64,000 bases of DNA from positions 2,170,001 to 2,234,000 of the forward strand of contig CP089274.1 of NCBI GenBank assembly GCA_023920165.1, given 5' to 3'. The notes below the pieces were generated by a model, which made no database searches, was not told where the DNA came from, and worked only from the letters and a program-made list of their open reading frames with translations. This stretch comes from Curvularia clavata (taxonomy: Eukaryota). The translations under genes were made by a program, and so were the position numbers. Below, piece by piece: positions 24,733 to 38,829 of this stretch. Each line of letters begins with the position of its first letter. Position 1 is the first letter of the stretch.

Positions 24733-24995
24733 AAAGAAGTAGTGATACCTCATACTATAGTAATTTACAACTTCATGCAGTTTGAAGATTTGCTCGCTTG
24801 AGACATCCATGCTGTGCCGTTGCGAGATGAACAGGGCTCCACTGTGATAAGGAAAAACAACAACACCCAAACGTTTACATGTCGAGACGTTGCGCGGCGG
24901 GGATGAAAAGAAAATATACGTGCACTGCCCTTTCACTTTGCACATGTACACAAAGACACAATAAATCGAGTAGGGTCAAGATGTATTCGACCTCA

Positions 24996-27774
24996 CTACC
25001 CAGCCAACTCTACCCTCCGCCTCAGCAACGACCTTGCCTCCGTCTCACTCAACAACTCCAACCCCAGCTCATCAAGCACATCCCTCGCAGCCTGATTATC
25101 GGCAAAAAGCCGCTTCTCCACCTCCCACAATCCCAGCTCATCCCCTTCCAGTGGCGTCACCTTCTCGGCCATACTTGCTTTTTCCGCACCAGTCTCATCC
25201 CCGTCACCGTCTTCTGCACCCCAAGCCTCCGTGTCCCAATCTTCGTTATCCTCGCCACCGTCGTCATGGTTAGCTGCATCCTTGCCTGTGGAAGATGGAC
25301 TACCTTTGACCGGCAAGCCCACAAGCTTTACACCCTCAAGACACTTTTTCAGTCCTGCTTCAGCCACCCCAGGGCCAACATGCTTGTCAACTACGCGACA
25401 CACAGCCAACATATCAGCATGCAGCTGTGTGGCACCCTGGGTGGAGAAACGATAGCGACTCAGCACGTTCTCCCAAAACACCGTTGAAATGGTACTCAGC
25501 ATGGCTCGGGTGATGCGGCGGAGTGGCGCAGATGCAAGAGCACGGGAGAGAAACGCCAATGTAGTCCGCAGATAAGTAAGTAGTGGATCAAGCTCAGCCG
25601 TAGGGGAGGGTTCAGTGACAGTTGAGGCTGAAACCGACGGGCCGCCAAGCGTGGCCCACGGGTTGCTAACGGAAAAAGCAATATTAATACACGGGTTCGG
25701 CATACTCGGTGGCGTGACATGGTAGGACTTACATATGACGATATGGACGCAGCGCCTCACGCACGTTGCTGTTGAGCGTGTCGATGATGATCTTCTCACT
25801 GCGGTCACGAAGGCGCGCGTACCACGATGCCGTCTCATCAAACAGCGAACCAGCATCCATGTCGTCGCTTTCGACCTTTTTTGACGTGCGTCCGGCTACA
25901 TCTGCAACAGTCATGCTACCAATGTTGCTGGTGGAGCCACGAGCGCGATCTTGCAGCTCCTCCCAGATATCCAGGAAAAACTATTGGAATCGAGATCAGC
26001 TTCAAGTCCCGTAACACGGAATCGTGCAGATTAATCGTACCACATCGTCGCTCCAGTCGCGCATGGCACGTTCCAGATAGTCAGCGCTACCAAAGGTCTT
26101 GCAAAGGCGCTCTAGGCCTTCGACGCCAAGCAACTTTTCCTGTTCCTCCTTGGTTATACCGCCCATGGCGCGACCCAATGACGTGGTCATGGTCAGATAA
26201 GCTTCTAGATTGCTCTGCAACCTTTCGTGCAACTTGTCAAAAATCGCAATCTGGATGTCTATCAAAAAGGTGAGTTTCTGGCTAAAGGAAGTCAAGGGTC
26301 GGTAGCGATCTGCAGTGAAGGTAATGTTAGCGACAGATTATGACAGGGGGCAATGGCAACAAAATACCCGTTATAGTCTCGAGCAGGTCGTTTACGCGGA
26401 TCGCTCCCTTTGTAGGCTTGGTGGCTTTGGGATCGACGCTCTCATAGTCGAGATCACCAAAGTCTGGAGCCTCGACAATGTTCTGATAGCGGGATAGGGC
26501 AACTATGCCATGTCAGTAATTGGCAAGGGGGTTCCGAATTGGGACACGGGAATAAGCGTACAGTCTTTTTCCACTTGTAGCCACCGGCCGAACCAATCAC
26601 CCTGGACCAGGAATTCCCAGGACAGTCCTTTCCAGCCATCGATGCCGTGGCCACCATCGTAGCCCCACGTGTCTCTAAGGCTCGTATCGAAGCTCATCAC
26701 CTCATGCATGAGGTGACTCAGAAGCTGCGGCTGACCAGCAACCTTGGGCAATAATGAGGCAATCTTGGTGCGCAGCATGGGCAGCAGGGCGGTTATGAAG
26801 GCAGATATAGCATCAATATACACAGGGTTGAGCGCGAGGTTAGTTCCGCGGAAGTACCGCAACAGGACAGGCTGGACATGGTCACCAATGAAGGTACTGT
26901 AGTCGTTGAGCAGCGTGGAAATGTGAGAAAGAAAATACTCGGGCCTGTCGATGCGGTTCGTGGGCTTGTCGCCTTCAAAGTGGTACCGGAATCGCATCTC
27001 GAGAGGCTGCACGAGTACTTGCATGGGAAAGAGCACTGGCGGCAGCTTGACCTTGTTCCCGGGCCCGTTGGCATAGCTCATGCCTTCTAACTCGGGCAGC
27101 TGCAACTCGAGCAGATTGACGACAGCGGTTTCCCATTCTTCACGCAGATGCGAGGGTATAGTTGCCTTTGGCGTGGGCCAGTGTATCTTCTTGAGTGTCT
27201 GTTCGAGCTGGGCGGAGAAGGCATCGAGGATCTTTGTACGTAGGGCGTGGGTGATGTTGGCGACGTGATGAAGCAATTGGGGCGCGGCACCCTCTGCGTC
27301 TTCTTGCAAGGTGATGAGGCGAGTGTGCAGGGCGCGCAGCTGCTTGTACGGAGCGAGGGCGGCTTCGCTCGACGTCTGGAGCTGGGCGTGGGCTTGGTTG
27401 GTGAGGGTGTCGACATCAGCCAACAATTGCATATAGCCGCTGGCAACGTCGAGGCGGTGCAGTGTATCGAGCACGTGTTGGAAGCGGGGCACGGCATCGT
27501 CGCTCGTCTCCGAGGACGTCAAGGCCATGAGGCGACGGTCAATGTCGGCCTGGTGGTGCCTGAAGGCGTGGGCGCGGTCCTTGAGCAGGCCATGGTGGGC
27601 GTGGGCGGCGTCCTTAGCCTGGTGAAGGTCGCGCTGGGCGTCGTGCAGCTGCTTCTTCAGCAAGCCATGCTGTGCCGAGATGGTGGCCAATAGGTCGTCG
27701 AGCGAGTCGAGGTCACCCGCCGTCTGGAGCCTGTCGTCGAGGTAGTCTGCGGCGCGAGCGTAGTTGTCGTCCAT
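24996..27774 (-). CDS. TIP20: RINT-1/Tip20 family protein (Dsl1 ER tethering complex), 5 exons
   Basis: DYLDDRLQTAGDLDSLDDLL, RFRYHFEGDKPTNRIDRPEY, WLQVEKDFALSRY, LERLCKTFGSADYLE, FSTQGATQL. Introns at about 26561-26503, 26367-26310, 26040-25982, 25732-25666. Confidence 0.9.
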
Positions 27775-28243
27775 GTATCGTACGATGGGTGGGCAGAGGG
27801 TCGTCGCTGGTGGTGGGCGGACTGGAAATGAATCGACGGGTGGGGGTGTGGTTGATTGGGCCCTGGGGAGCTAGACTGCCTCGGTCGTGCCTGGTGGCGC
27901 CTTCCCGATCTTTGGGGACCGCCTTCGATCTCCACAGATCTTGCTAGCCCAAAGCGGGCGGCAACTTTTCCCTAGCGGGCGCCATCTTTTGCCTCATCAG
28001 TCCACAGCTGGAAAACATGCTCGACACACCGCGAGTGCCGTGTCCTGCGCCTCGTTAAAACCTCTGTACTGCTGTCCCCGAGCCCAGCACCCGCCCATCC
28101 TTTCGGCAGCCCGCCCGGTATAATTGCGCCCTCTGCTCGGCCCTGTCCAGCCTGCCCTTGCTTCGCACTGCACACTTCTCTCCCCGCCCGGTCGCCGAAA
28201 CGGCCCCAACGTCTGTCGCGCGCCGCTGCCGTCATCGCCAGCC

Positions 28244-30397
28244 ATGCCCAAGGAACACAAGAAGCGCGGTCGCCGTGAAGAGCGCAAGAAGCGCAAGAGG
28301 GATGCCGACGACGATGCGAGCTCCAAGCGGCCCAGACACGAAGACTCTGACCAGCTCTATGCTGAGGATGAGGTCCACGAACTCGCAAACGGCAACGTCA
28401 GCCGCCCCGGTGAAACGCCTTTCTTTGGCATGCTCGACGAGCAGGAGCACGAGTATTTCAAAAAGGCCGACGAGATGCTCGAGCTCAACCAGTTTGAGAG
28501 CACAGAGGACCGCGACATATTCCTCGCCAGCGTGTGGAAAGAGGCCGACGGCAAAGAATTAAAAATTGCAAACAGCCAGTCCTCGCGCTTACTCGAGCGA
28601 TTGATCCTGCTCTCTTCGCCTGACCAACTCAAGAGCCTGTTCCAAAAATTCAGCGGACAGTAAGGCTTTTCACGACTCCTTCTGCCCGTGCGTCGCTGAC
28701 ACACTTTTAGTTTCCTCAACCTCGTCCAAAACCGTTTCGCCTCCCACTGCTGCGAAGCCCTATTCATACAAGCTGCCCCCGTCGTCACCGAAGAGACCGC
28801 CAAGGAAGAACCTCTAAACACGCCGCCGTCCTCCGATCCCAACCATGTCGTCGTCTCAATGGAAAATCTTTTTCTCTTCACACTGGCTGAACTTGAGGGA
28901 CACCTGGGTTTTCTGATGACGGACAAATATGCCTCACATGTGCTGCGTGTGCTACTGGTGATTCTGTCGGGTGCGCCGCTCGAAAAGCAGACCAAATCTG
29001 TTACACAGAGCAAGAAGAAGGAAAAGATCACTGTTTCGGGCGCAGACAATGGCCAGGAGCGAGTTTTGGAGGAGAGAGTCGTCCCTCAGTCGTTTCTGGA
29101 TGCACTCGAAAAAGTCATCAGTGATAGTGTTTCGGGTATAGAGTCGCACTACCTTCGTACCTTGACCACACATCCTCTTGGTGGCCCAACCCTGCAGTTA
29201 CTTCTCAAGCTCGAGCTGGCGCACTTTGGCAAGTCCCGAGCAAAGGACGAAAAGTCTATCATCCATCGTCTTCTGCCCGACAACCCCATCACCGAGGGAA
29301 CTGAAAGCGCCATACTCATCAACGGCTTAGTATACGATGCGGTCGGCTCCCGACTACTAGAAACCATTATCGAGAACGCACCAGGAAAAGTCTTCAAAAC
29401 CATTTACGGAGAATTTTTCAAAGAACGCATGGGAACTTTGGCACGAAACGAGATTGCCGGCTATGTCGTAGGCAAGATTCTTGAGAGGCTCGGCAAGGAC
29501 GATCTCGTAGAAGCCATGGGCCAAATCGTCGACCAGATCCCAAGCCTAGTTGACCGCAACCGAACCGCCGTCATCAAAGTGCTGATTGAGCGCTGCGTGG
29601 CACGAGAAGTGGATTGTGCACCCATCAAGGCACAACTTGAGACTGCCTATGCAGGTTCCAACGGCTTCGAAGTCACTCGCATTCTCCGGCTAAATGAAGA
29701 AGACGGAAAGCCACGTGCTAGACACGTTCAGTCACCAGAAAAGGTGCATGGGTCCTTGCTAGCACAAACCATGATGACAGTGGACGGTCCTCTTGGAAAG
29801 CTTGTCTTTGACTCTCTGGCTAATCTGTCTCCCGAACTTGCCACCCAGTTGGCTCGTGACCCTACGGCGTCCAGAACCCTTCAAGCAGCGTTGATGTCCA
29901 AGAACGCATCTGTCATTTTTCGTCGCAAAATGATCCAATTATTTTACGGCAAAATTGGTGAGCTTGCACTCGACCCGGCGGCGTCACATGTCATCGACGC
30001 AATCTGGCAGGGCACCGCTGGTCTGGCATTCATTCGTGAGCGCATCGCCGAGGAGCTTGCTGAAAACGAGAGCTCTCTACGCGAATCTCACGTAGGCCGT
30101 GCCGTCTGGCGCAACTGGCGCATGGATCTCTACAAGCGCAGACGCAGTGACTGGGTCACACAGTCGCGCTATACAGCCGGTAACCAAGGCTTCCAATCCT
30201 TCCCAGAAGGCACCAGCGACGGGCCTCAAAATAGCAAGCCAGGAAAGCATCTGACAGCCATTGAGCTTGCAAGGCAGAAGCATGCAGCTGCAAAGGCTGC
30301 CAAAGAAAAAGATGGCAAAAAATCCAAAAAGGGGAGCCAAGGGGCAAGTAGCAGCGGGAGCAGTAGTAGCAAAGGCAAGGGTGTGGTGGCGCAATAA
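28244..30397 (+). CDS. NOP9: Nucleolar protein 9 (Pumilio-repeat, 40S biogenesis); intron 28660-28710
   Basis: MPKEHKKRGRR, PFFGMLDEQEHEYF, GKELKIANSQSSRLLE, RFASHCCE, YASHVLR, GSRLLE, RERIAEEL, GRAVWRNW. Confidence 0.92.
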
Positions 30398-30822
30398 CAA
30401 GCGCCAACACCACGTACGTGGCGTGGGGGGTTTCTTACATGAGGCATAAAATGGATGTTGTACAGTGGTTTCTTCATCAATCAGGCGTTCAACAAGGTGG
30501 ATGGATTCAAATTTGTGGGTCTTGATGTTGGTATTCTGATTCGACAACGCTAGATACCTTTTGTAGTGGCATAATCTGCATCAGCGATTGTGCATTTTTG
30601 GCCGAGCGGCAATAGTCAACTCGATTGGATAGTTCTATGATCCCAGCTGCTCGTTTTGCTTAAGTAGTCGGCACTAACGCCGAATAGCTCGGACAACTTT
30701 GTGCGCAATTTCTTTGCCGTGCGTACTTCACTTCTAAACGTCACCGCCACCTCTCACTCAGTTCAAACCCTTGGCCTCAAACTTCCAACATGCGGCTTCG
30801 AAATTCTCAAGAGTTCGTAGCC

Positions 30823-32524
30823 ATGTCTTCTGCACCTACAGATACACCTCTCAATCGGGCGGACGAAGTCAAAGATGTATGTACCTCGGAATAACATTCC
30901 GAACATTCCGACTGCAAATGTCATGCGTCACACATTAAACCGACCCAAACTTCCACTTGCCCAGACTAGATGGTACCATGCTAACCATATCACCAGCTGC
31001 TCGAGGCGATTCAAGAGTTAATCATTCCCTTCATTCGCTCTGCAGACGAGGATGCTGCTACTAAGCACACTGGTCACGGCCTGCAAACACAAGGTAGTGG
31101 CCCCAGAACCACAATTGTGGAGCACCATCCTCCAAAGAAGCTGGAGTCTATTCTGAGCGAAGAGTTGGAGATTAACGAGAAAAAGACTGGCAAGGATGGA
31201 CTGGTCAAGCTGGTCAGCAGCGTACTGAAGTACAGTGTGAACACGTGGGACCAAGGGTTTCTGGACAAGTTGTACGCAAGTACAAACGCAGTCGGAGTAG
31301 TCAGCGAGCTGCTGCTGGCAGTGCTGAATACTAACGTAAGGATTGTCTGTATTTATCACAAATTACTGGCACTGACGTTTTTCCCAGGCCCATGTCTACC
31401 ACGTCTCACCTGTACTAACACTCGTCGAAAAACGAACAACAAAATATCTAGCTTCTCTCTTTGGGCTTCCAGAACAGACCTCAGGAGGCATCTCGCAACC
31501 AGGAGGCAGCGCTGCCAACTCCTCTGCCATTGTCATAGCCAGAAACACCCTCTACCCTGAGACCAAAACCGACGGAAATGGAACCTACAAGTTCACAGTC
31601 TTCACCTCAGCTCACGGCCATTACTCGGTCGAAAAAGCCGCCAATCTCTTCGGTCTCGGCTCCAAAAACGTTATTCCTGTCCCCGTTGACACCGACGGCT
31701 GCATGATCCCCTCTGAACTTGAGCGGCTAGTTCAAGAATCCAAAGCACGTGGTGAAACACCCTTTTTCCTCAACGCCACAGCAGGTACCACCGTCCATGG
31801 CTCCTTCGACCCCTTCACTGCCCTATCGGCAATCTGCAAGTCGCACAACCTATGGTTCCACATCGACGGCTCCTGGGGCGGCAGCGTAATCTTCAGCAGC
31901 ACACACGCTGCCTCGCGCCTCGCTGGGGCCCACCTCGCCGATAGCATCACCATTAACCCACACAAGATGCTCGGCGTCCCTATGACCAGCAGCTTCCTGC
32001 TCGGCCGGGACATGAACACTTTCTATCGTGCCCTTACTCTCCCTGCTGGCTATCTCTTCCACAACGCGCCCGGCACAGACGCCCAGGACATTTATGATCT
32101 GGCGGACCTCACGCCGCAATGTGGCCGCCGCGCAGATAGCTTAAAGTTCTTTCTCGCACTACAGTACTACGGTCCACAGCATTTTAGCAACCTGGTCGCC
32201 CGCGCGTACGCAAATGCAGAGTATCTGCTCAAGAAGCTCAAGGAGAGCGGCAATTTCAAGACAATTAGTCCTGAGCCGCTGCCTTGTTTGCAGGTCTGCT
32301 TTTACTACGCCAGAGGCGGTGTGTGGGAGGCGGATAAGGAGAGGAATGATCAGGCGACCACGCAGATGGCGCAGAGGCTGGTGAGCCGGGGCTTCATGAT
32401 TGATTTTGCACCGGGAGAGGGGGGCAAGTTTTTCAGGGTGGTGGTGAATGGTGGGTTGATCAAGGGCACGTTGGATGGGTTGGTCAAGGCATTGGAGGAG
32501 GTGGCGGGTGAGTTAGGATTTTGA
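30823..32524 (+). CDS. PLP-dependent group II decarboxylase (GAD/CSAD-like); introns ~30877-30997 and ~31337-31388
   Basis: SVNTWDQGFLDKLY, HYSVEKAA, NATAGTTVHGSFDP, HIDGSWGGS, DSITINPHKMLGVP (PLP lysine), TPQCGRRADSLKF. Confidence 0.9.
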
Positions 32525-32931
32525 GCGCATTTGACAGCGTGGGATTCCGTTTATCTCTACCATTCAAGCAAAGTCACCAACTCAGCTTTGGTGGCTTCTT
32601 CATGTGAAATATGACAGAATAGAGTAAGACTTAGACCAGGCGTCTCAACGACAGGCATTCGTTCATAGAAAATTTGGATCATTTAGACTACATATGTTAT
32701 TCATTTTCTCGTGTACCCATACTCACATTGCCTCATAGCCGGATCATGAATAGTTTTCCGCACATACAGTTCACGGGGCACTTGGCCACCGTGTAGCGTA
32801 CGCCGTATGAGGGAAGGAATCAATCAGAAGAAGGAATGGGGGTACGTAGATACCTAATGAAGAGACGTAGATTCATATCTCCAAAACCATTGCACCCATG
32901 CAGCACTTCGTTACAGGCATGATTGAGACGC

Positions 32932-34370
32932 CTACGGGATGATCCCCCAGAAGCGCTCCGCGTTAAAAGTAGATGCCGTAGTGATTTTCCAGGCGGAATC
33001 GAATGCGCTGAAAAGGAACAGATCGCCGTTGAAGGTGGTGCGGAGCGACTGGAGAGCAGTACGCTGGTCATCTGCCGAGGGAACAGCGTTACCGTTGGGG
33101 CTACCCTGGTGAGGCCAACCCGACTCAGTGACGACAACACGCTTATTGTTGCAGGCGGCCTGTACTCGCTTGACCTGGCCCTGGACGAACGGGCCAGCAT
33201 TTTCTGCCTTTGTGTTTGGGTCGAAGAAAGCATGGATATTGGCCATGACGACGTCTGACGCTTCGCAAATGGAAGGATTATTGATCAGTGCCGGTGCTGT
33301 TTCGACTGCGCCAACAGGTCCGTTGTAGCCGAGTTGTCGTAGCTGAGCACGCGCGTTGCCAATTGCATCGACGACTTGTGCTGCGGTCATCCTGCCATCG
33401 TTAACACGCTCATTCTCCACGGTGAAAAGCTGGATCACGTCCCAGTTGCCGCCAGCATATTGATCGATGGCACTCTTGTAGGTTTGAATGACCATACTGA
33501 CATCTTCGCCGCTGCCGCCCGCGTCGAGATAGGCGCCTCCCATGAGCTTCTGGCCGTTCTTGAGCGCATTTTGAATGGCAAGAGGGATCTGCTGGCAGTC
33601 CATGCCGTATATGCGAACCATCTTGTAAGGTTTCATCCTGCTAAATTCGCTAGCAATCTCAGCCTCGGATTTGCATTCTGACGCGCCAGTGTAGACATCC
33701 CAAGTCACGCCCAGAGGCAGGATGCCTGAATTGACAGGTTGAGTAGGAACGGGCTCCGCTGAAGATGAGGGTTGTGGCACGAGCTTATACTCCTGCGTCG
33801 TACTGTATACTGTAGATGAAGGCGAGGGAGTAACCAAAATAGATGTCGAAGACGAAAGAGCGACCAAAACAAATGTCGGAGATGAGGAAGCGATCAAGAT
33901 AGATGTCGAGGACGAGGGAGTGACCGAAGTAGGCGTCAAAGAAGACGTGGTGGGCTGAACCTTCACAGTGGACGACTCAGGGGAAGGAATAGCAACCGTG
34001 GGAGTGGGCTGTGGAGTTGACTCTGAGGCGAACGAAAACGAAGGCAGTACAGAAGTAGCCGAAGTTGCAAGTGCGGCCTGCGGTGTGCTTGAAGGTAAGA
34101 CTGCAGACGTAACGACATCACCGACCTTGAGAGAAGTTGAGGTTGAGAAGGGTGCGCCCGCTTCATCAACGTATACAACGACCTCGGCAACAACTTCGGT
34201 GATGTACACGAGTTCGTTGATGAGGTCGCGCTTGTGCTCTTAACTCGTTCAGCAATTGACGCCTCTCAGTCTTTCACTGTCGCAGATGACTTACCGAGAG
34301 GACGTCCGCTCGCGGAGCCCACAAGAAGACCGGCAGCTGCCAGAGCGCTCGCCAAAACCATAGACTTCAT
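32932..34370 (-). CDS. GH17 cell-wall glucanase/glucanosyltransferase (Scw11/Scw4-like) with S/T-rich linker; intron 34294-34239
   Basis: Signal peptide MKSMVLASALAAAGLLVGSASG, VRIYGMDC, TVENE, ANIHAFFD, VVVTESGWP, FSAFDSAWK, AERFWGI. Confidence 0.88.
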
Positions 34371-36484
34371 TTTGAGTATGAGGCAAATCTTATCAAGTAT
34401 GTGTAACGCACAGACAGTGCCAGTGCTGTTTGCGTAGTTGTAGCGGATTGTTTGCCAGGCGCGCGACGCAGGTTTTGAAAGAGTAATGAGTGACTGCCAG
34501 CAGTTGGCGAAAGAAGAGATATCCAGACCGTGCCGGATGAAGAGAGTGGGAGTCAAAGGAACTTGTAGAGACTGGGTAGCGAGTGTTGTAGGCCAAGTGT
34601 AGTGAGAGCGCTCAAATAGGTAACCATATCCCCTCGTGTCACGCACGTTGCGCTAGCAATTTTGAGACTAGCGCCAGCGCTGTTGGAGAAATTGCGACAA
34701 ACGGTAGAAGTAGGTGTTGCTGGGCCATCGAGCAAACGAAATGTCGAGGCCATGGCCGCATTAAGTGAGATAATGAGGGGTGAAGCGGGACTTGTAATTT
34801 GGAGCAGGGAACATGGACTGAAACGCCAAAGCGCCTCAGGCGCTAGAGTTGAACCATCAAAACGAATGAAGGTGGTCAAGGATAAGAAATAGTTTCAGGT
34901 CGCCCGAGGAGGATAATGTCCACATTGCGACGTCCGGGGTATCATTTTTTGACTGTTGTCTTATGACAGGGAGTGGAATGGTAGTTCGATACACATCAAG
35001 ACTTACCTTGTCGACATAGAACAACGAGACGACAGCTACCCGATCGTGATTCGAAAACGACAAAAAGACAATTTTACTATGCCCACCAACTATCACTTGC
35101 TACGATAATAGCAGGCCTGCACACTCAATGCATCGACGGATCGTAGGTATCCCTACACATGCTGGTATATGGTGCTACGTCAGTATAGAACAAATGAGGT
35201 CCTTCCTATGGCTCTTCATAACAGAGCTCCGTTGGAGATGGCTGTCACACATGTAGTTGGGATCTTGGATAAAAGGATCATGTGGTAAGTTAAAAAAACT
35301 GTGCGGGGGTGCAAGACTGCGCCAGGATAGGTAAGAGACAGGGACTGAAGGGAGAGGTGAGCTTCTGCAGCAGGTTAATGTGACGAAAATAAAGCGATAG
35401 AGGCAAGGAGTTGCATTTCTTCAGACACTCATGATGCTAATCGCTCACCATACAGGACTGGAATAAGTGCAAGTGTTGCCAGTCTTCAAAACCGTGTAGA
35501 GAACAAGCGAAGGAGGAGTATTGGAACCAAAAGAAACGCAAGTACATGAAACGATCTGGAGACGATACATCTAACCTCGACCAACAATTGCGCAAGTCGA
35601 GAAAGAGTGCTCTGTAACAGATTCTTGAGTTCTCATGCGACCGCACGAGAAAGGTCCTAGCAGGCGTTGAGTATGAAAAAGGTTTAGGGTACAAGCGAAG
35701 TGAAGGTCGCCTGCAAGGCACCAGGGCGGGGCACGTGGCCCACGACCTCCAAAATAACATCAGAAATCAAGGGCAGAACTCATCCTCTCACCACTTTGTA
35801 CTCTTCTTCAGCTTCTGCGACGCGATAATTCCGGAAGCAGTGGTACGACCAGCAGCTACGGAGTATACCACGACAACATGCGCCAGCAAGCGCAGTCGCA
35901 GAGATGATTCGAGCAACGCCTGCACGGGACAACAGCGGGCACACCCAGCGTCTCCCTTCCCCTCTTCGCTGCGTCACAATGAGGTCGAGTTGGCACGCAC
36001 TGGCCTTTGGTGTGCCATAGCGCTGGGCGCACTGCCCACACGATTTTGGCAGCGCCACCCACACGACCTAGAAGCATTACACGGTATATATACGTTTTAT
36101 TTTGAACTCCAATCGTGCAGTGCGAGGATTTGTACGAACTCATTTCTTGCCTTTTACCAGAAGTGACCGCGAGTCCCGCACAACACTGCACTTACTCAAT
36201 CTTTGGAACAACTTTTCACCCATCGTGGGTTCGAAACTCTGTTTTTGCCGATTCGTTCTTTTTTTGCCGCCCGCTCTCTTTTTGCCCCATTGAGATACTC
36301 TAGAGACAACAAACACTCACTGTCTGCACTGCATGCTTTCTCAATGCTGATGAAGGCATTCACTTTTGACTTTTCCGGAAACTTCCTTAATCCTTAGAAA
36401 AAATGCTGGTAGTCTCAGCGGACATAATGTCGCATGAGTTCGAATACATCTAAATCCCTCTCAGTCCTTTGTAAGCAGGCCTCT

Positions 36485-38538
36485 CTAACACTTCATCTTA
36501 ATTCCCTTCCGCTTCTCGCTTTCGCGCCACTCAAACATAAACTGCACACCCGTAAACAACGCGCTACATGCAGTTGCGAAGAACATCCAACCAGACCACG
36601 TCCCCACAATACCGGCAACAAGGCCCTTCAATCCATCAACTCCAAGTGCGAAACCGACGAGGTTAGCCGTCATTAGCATCAAGATCTCACCAACAGCACC
36701 CACTCCACACAGCCAGCGGTAAGCATTGGGGCTATCCTTCCACTTCCTCGCCGGAAAAATGTATGATGCAATGATCTCTGGAAGGACGAAGAGCGTAACA
36801 AGCCATCCCCACATGAGCAATCGGAGTTGAATATCATGCCATATAGCAATGAAGGTGAACACGGCAAGATAATTGCCTACTGACCTTGCCTTGCCAAGGA
36901 TACCCGTGCCCTTACTACCGCCAAGGGGAATGTACAGATATCTCAAACTCCACTTGTTGAAGCTGCGGTGCCATCCACGCCAGAAATGCATAACAGAGTA
37001 GTTGTCAGACATGCAACGTACCATGTTCTCTGGCGGGTCGATACCGTCCATCAGTGACCAGAGGCGGAAGAAACGCCAAGGAATGAGTAGCTTAAGCCAG
37101 ATGTGTTTGAGGTTGAAAAAGCCTAGCATGCTGAGTTCACAAGGTGTGTACTTGGACCAATCTGGCTTCTCGTGGAAGATAGCGACCATGTACATGTAGT
37201 GGATCATAATCTCCATAGTGAGTAGGACGACAATAAAACGGACTAGATAAAGCATCGTCCGTCTGGTAGTGATGCTGTGGGCCCGGTAGCGACATTGCGA
37301 TATGTAGTCATTGAAGGTTATGATGGGCCCTGCCAAGTAGAGTGGAGAGTATGTGGCATAGGCGAAATAGTTACGGAAGGTGAAGTCGGTAGGTTTGGCA
37401 GGTATAGATACTCGATCACGCTCAGAGAGGTTGGAGGGATCGAGTTGCTTCTTCTTGGACGTTATTAGCTATATCAACCCAAGGGGTGATGGGAGGCATA
37501 CTTCTAGTGGACTGCTGGCTCGGGAGTTGAGCGACCAGTAATAGTCGAGGTTAAAGCTTATGAGCCGGAGTATGGTGAAATTGAAGAGCACTTCCCAGCG
37601 TGGAATTAGGCCACCGTAGCTGTCGAGCATGTGGCCTAAACTGGAGCTCGACTCGCCCTTCTCTGAGACAGTGGATGGCAGAAATGTGCCGAGGATGGTC
37701 GCGTAGGAGTAACCACGACCAAGCTCATTCGCGAACAAGGTGCCCACGTTGAAGATCCACGTCGCAGCCGGTATATATTCGCGGGGAAGCTTCTTTCCAA
37801 TGCAGTAGTTCACATAGAGAATGGCAAGAATCTTGAGTGCCGAGAAGCCATGCAGAGCAACCAGAAATACGACCGCAAAACTTAGGTCAAATGATATGCG
37901 CTGAAGCATACGGGCATCTGCGGCAGCGGATGGTGTCAGGCCCATCGTGAGGCCACTGCCTACTGACGACCGTACTTGAGTGTACTTGTCGGCGAGCCAG
38001 AAGGAATCATATGCCTTACGTAAAAAGGGGTGAAGGAACACTACAAGGAACAAGTAGGGAATGTTCTGACGGAAGCCGGCATACTGTGCATCAACGTTGT
38101 CCTGAGAAGTCAGTCAATTGCATGTGATAGGCTACAACGCTACATACCACTTTCCGCCCTGGAATCCAGCCATCAGAAAGCAGATGTTCGAATTTCTTAT
38201 AGTTTGGGTGCGATTCTACATATGGGTCAATATAGGGATGTTAGTCAGAGTACCACTGACGGACCTTTAGACACATCCAGTACCGCTTTGAACATGAAGA
38301 ACACGCTGGTTATAATGGCCACGTAGTAGAAATAAAACTCAGGGGTATTCCATCGGGGCGGCTGGATGTCATTTTCTGCACGTTTGGTTCCATCTCTTCC
38401 ATCTTTTATGGGAATTGGGCCTGCTGGGTCGAGTTTGGCATCCTCGAGTGCCTCCTTGGGCGGTGCGGTGGCTGGTACTACGAAGCGAGTGTCAAGGGTA
38501 TCGAGCGAATACAGTTGGCGGATGAATTTGAGCGCCAT
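36485..38538 (-). CDS. GUP1: MBOAT O-acyltransferase Gup1 (GPI-anchor remodelling), 4 exons
   Basis: YSLDTLDTRF, WNTPEFYFYY, PRWEVLFNFTILRLISFNLDYYW, WLKLLIPWRFFRLW, FWRGWHRSFNKW, AIWHDIQLRLL. Confidence 0.92.
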
Positions 38539-38829
38539 GGTTATTCCTATATTATCTCTTCATGTTCCAACTCTGGAGAGCCCTGCGGACGTATATGCTG
38601 GTGTAACGCGGGGCGGAGGCGCGGGGGGTAAGTGCGGTGGTGGAGGACAGGTCCGCAACCTCAACTTTTGGAGTTCGCGTCTTGCGACAGCTTCTCTTGA
38701 ACACCAGCACCAGCCCCACGACGACACCACCCCGACTGCTTCGAATAAGCCACAATTACGCGTCAATCAACCGTATTATACCCCATCAATCTTATCCACG
38801 AAGCTCCGCGCCGGGGATAATCGCGCGCC

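Noticed and set aside
36225..36450. GTTCGAA motifs resembling tRNA T-loops
   Set aside because: No flanking T-stem, acceptor stem or cloverleaf could be built.
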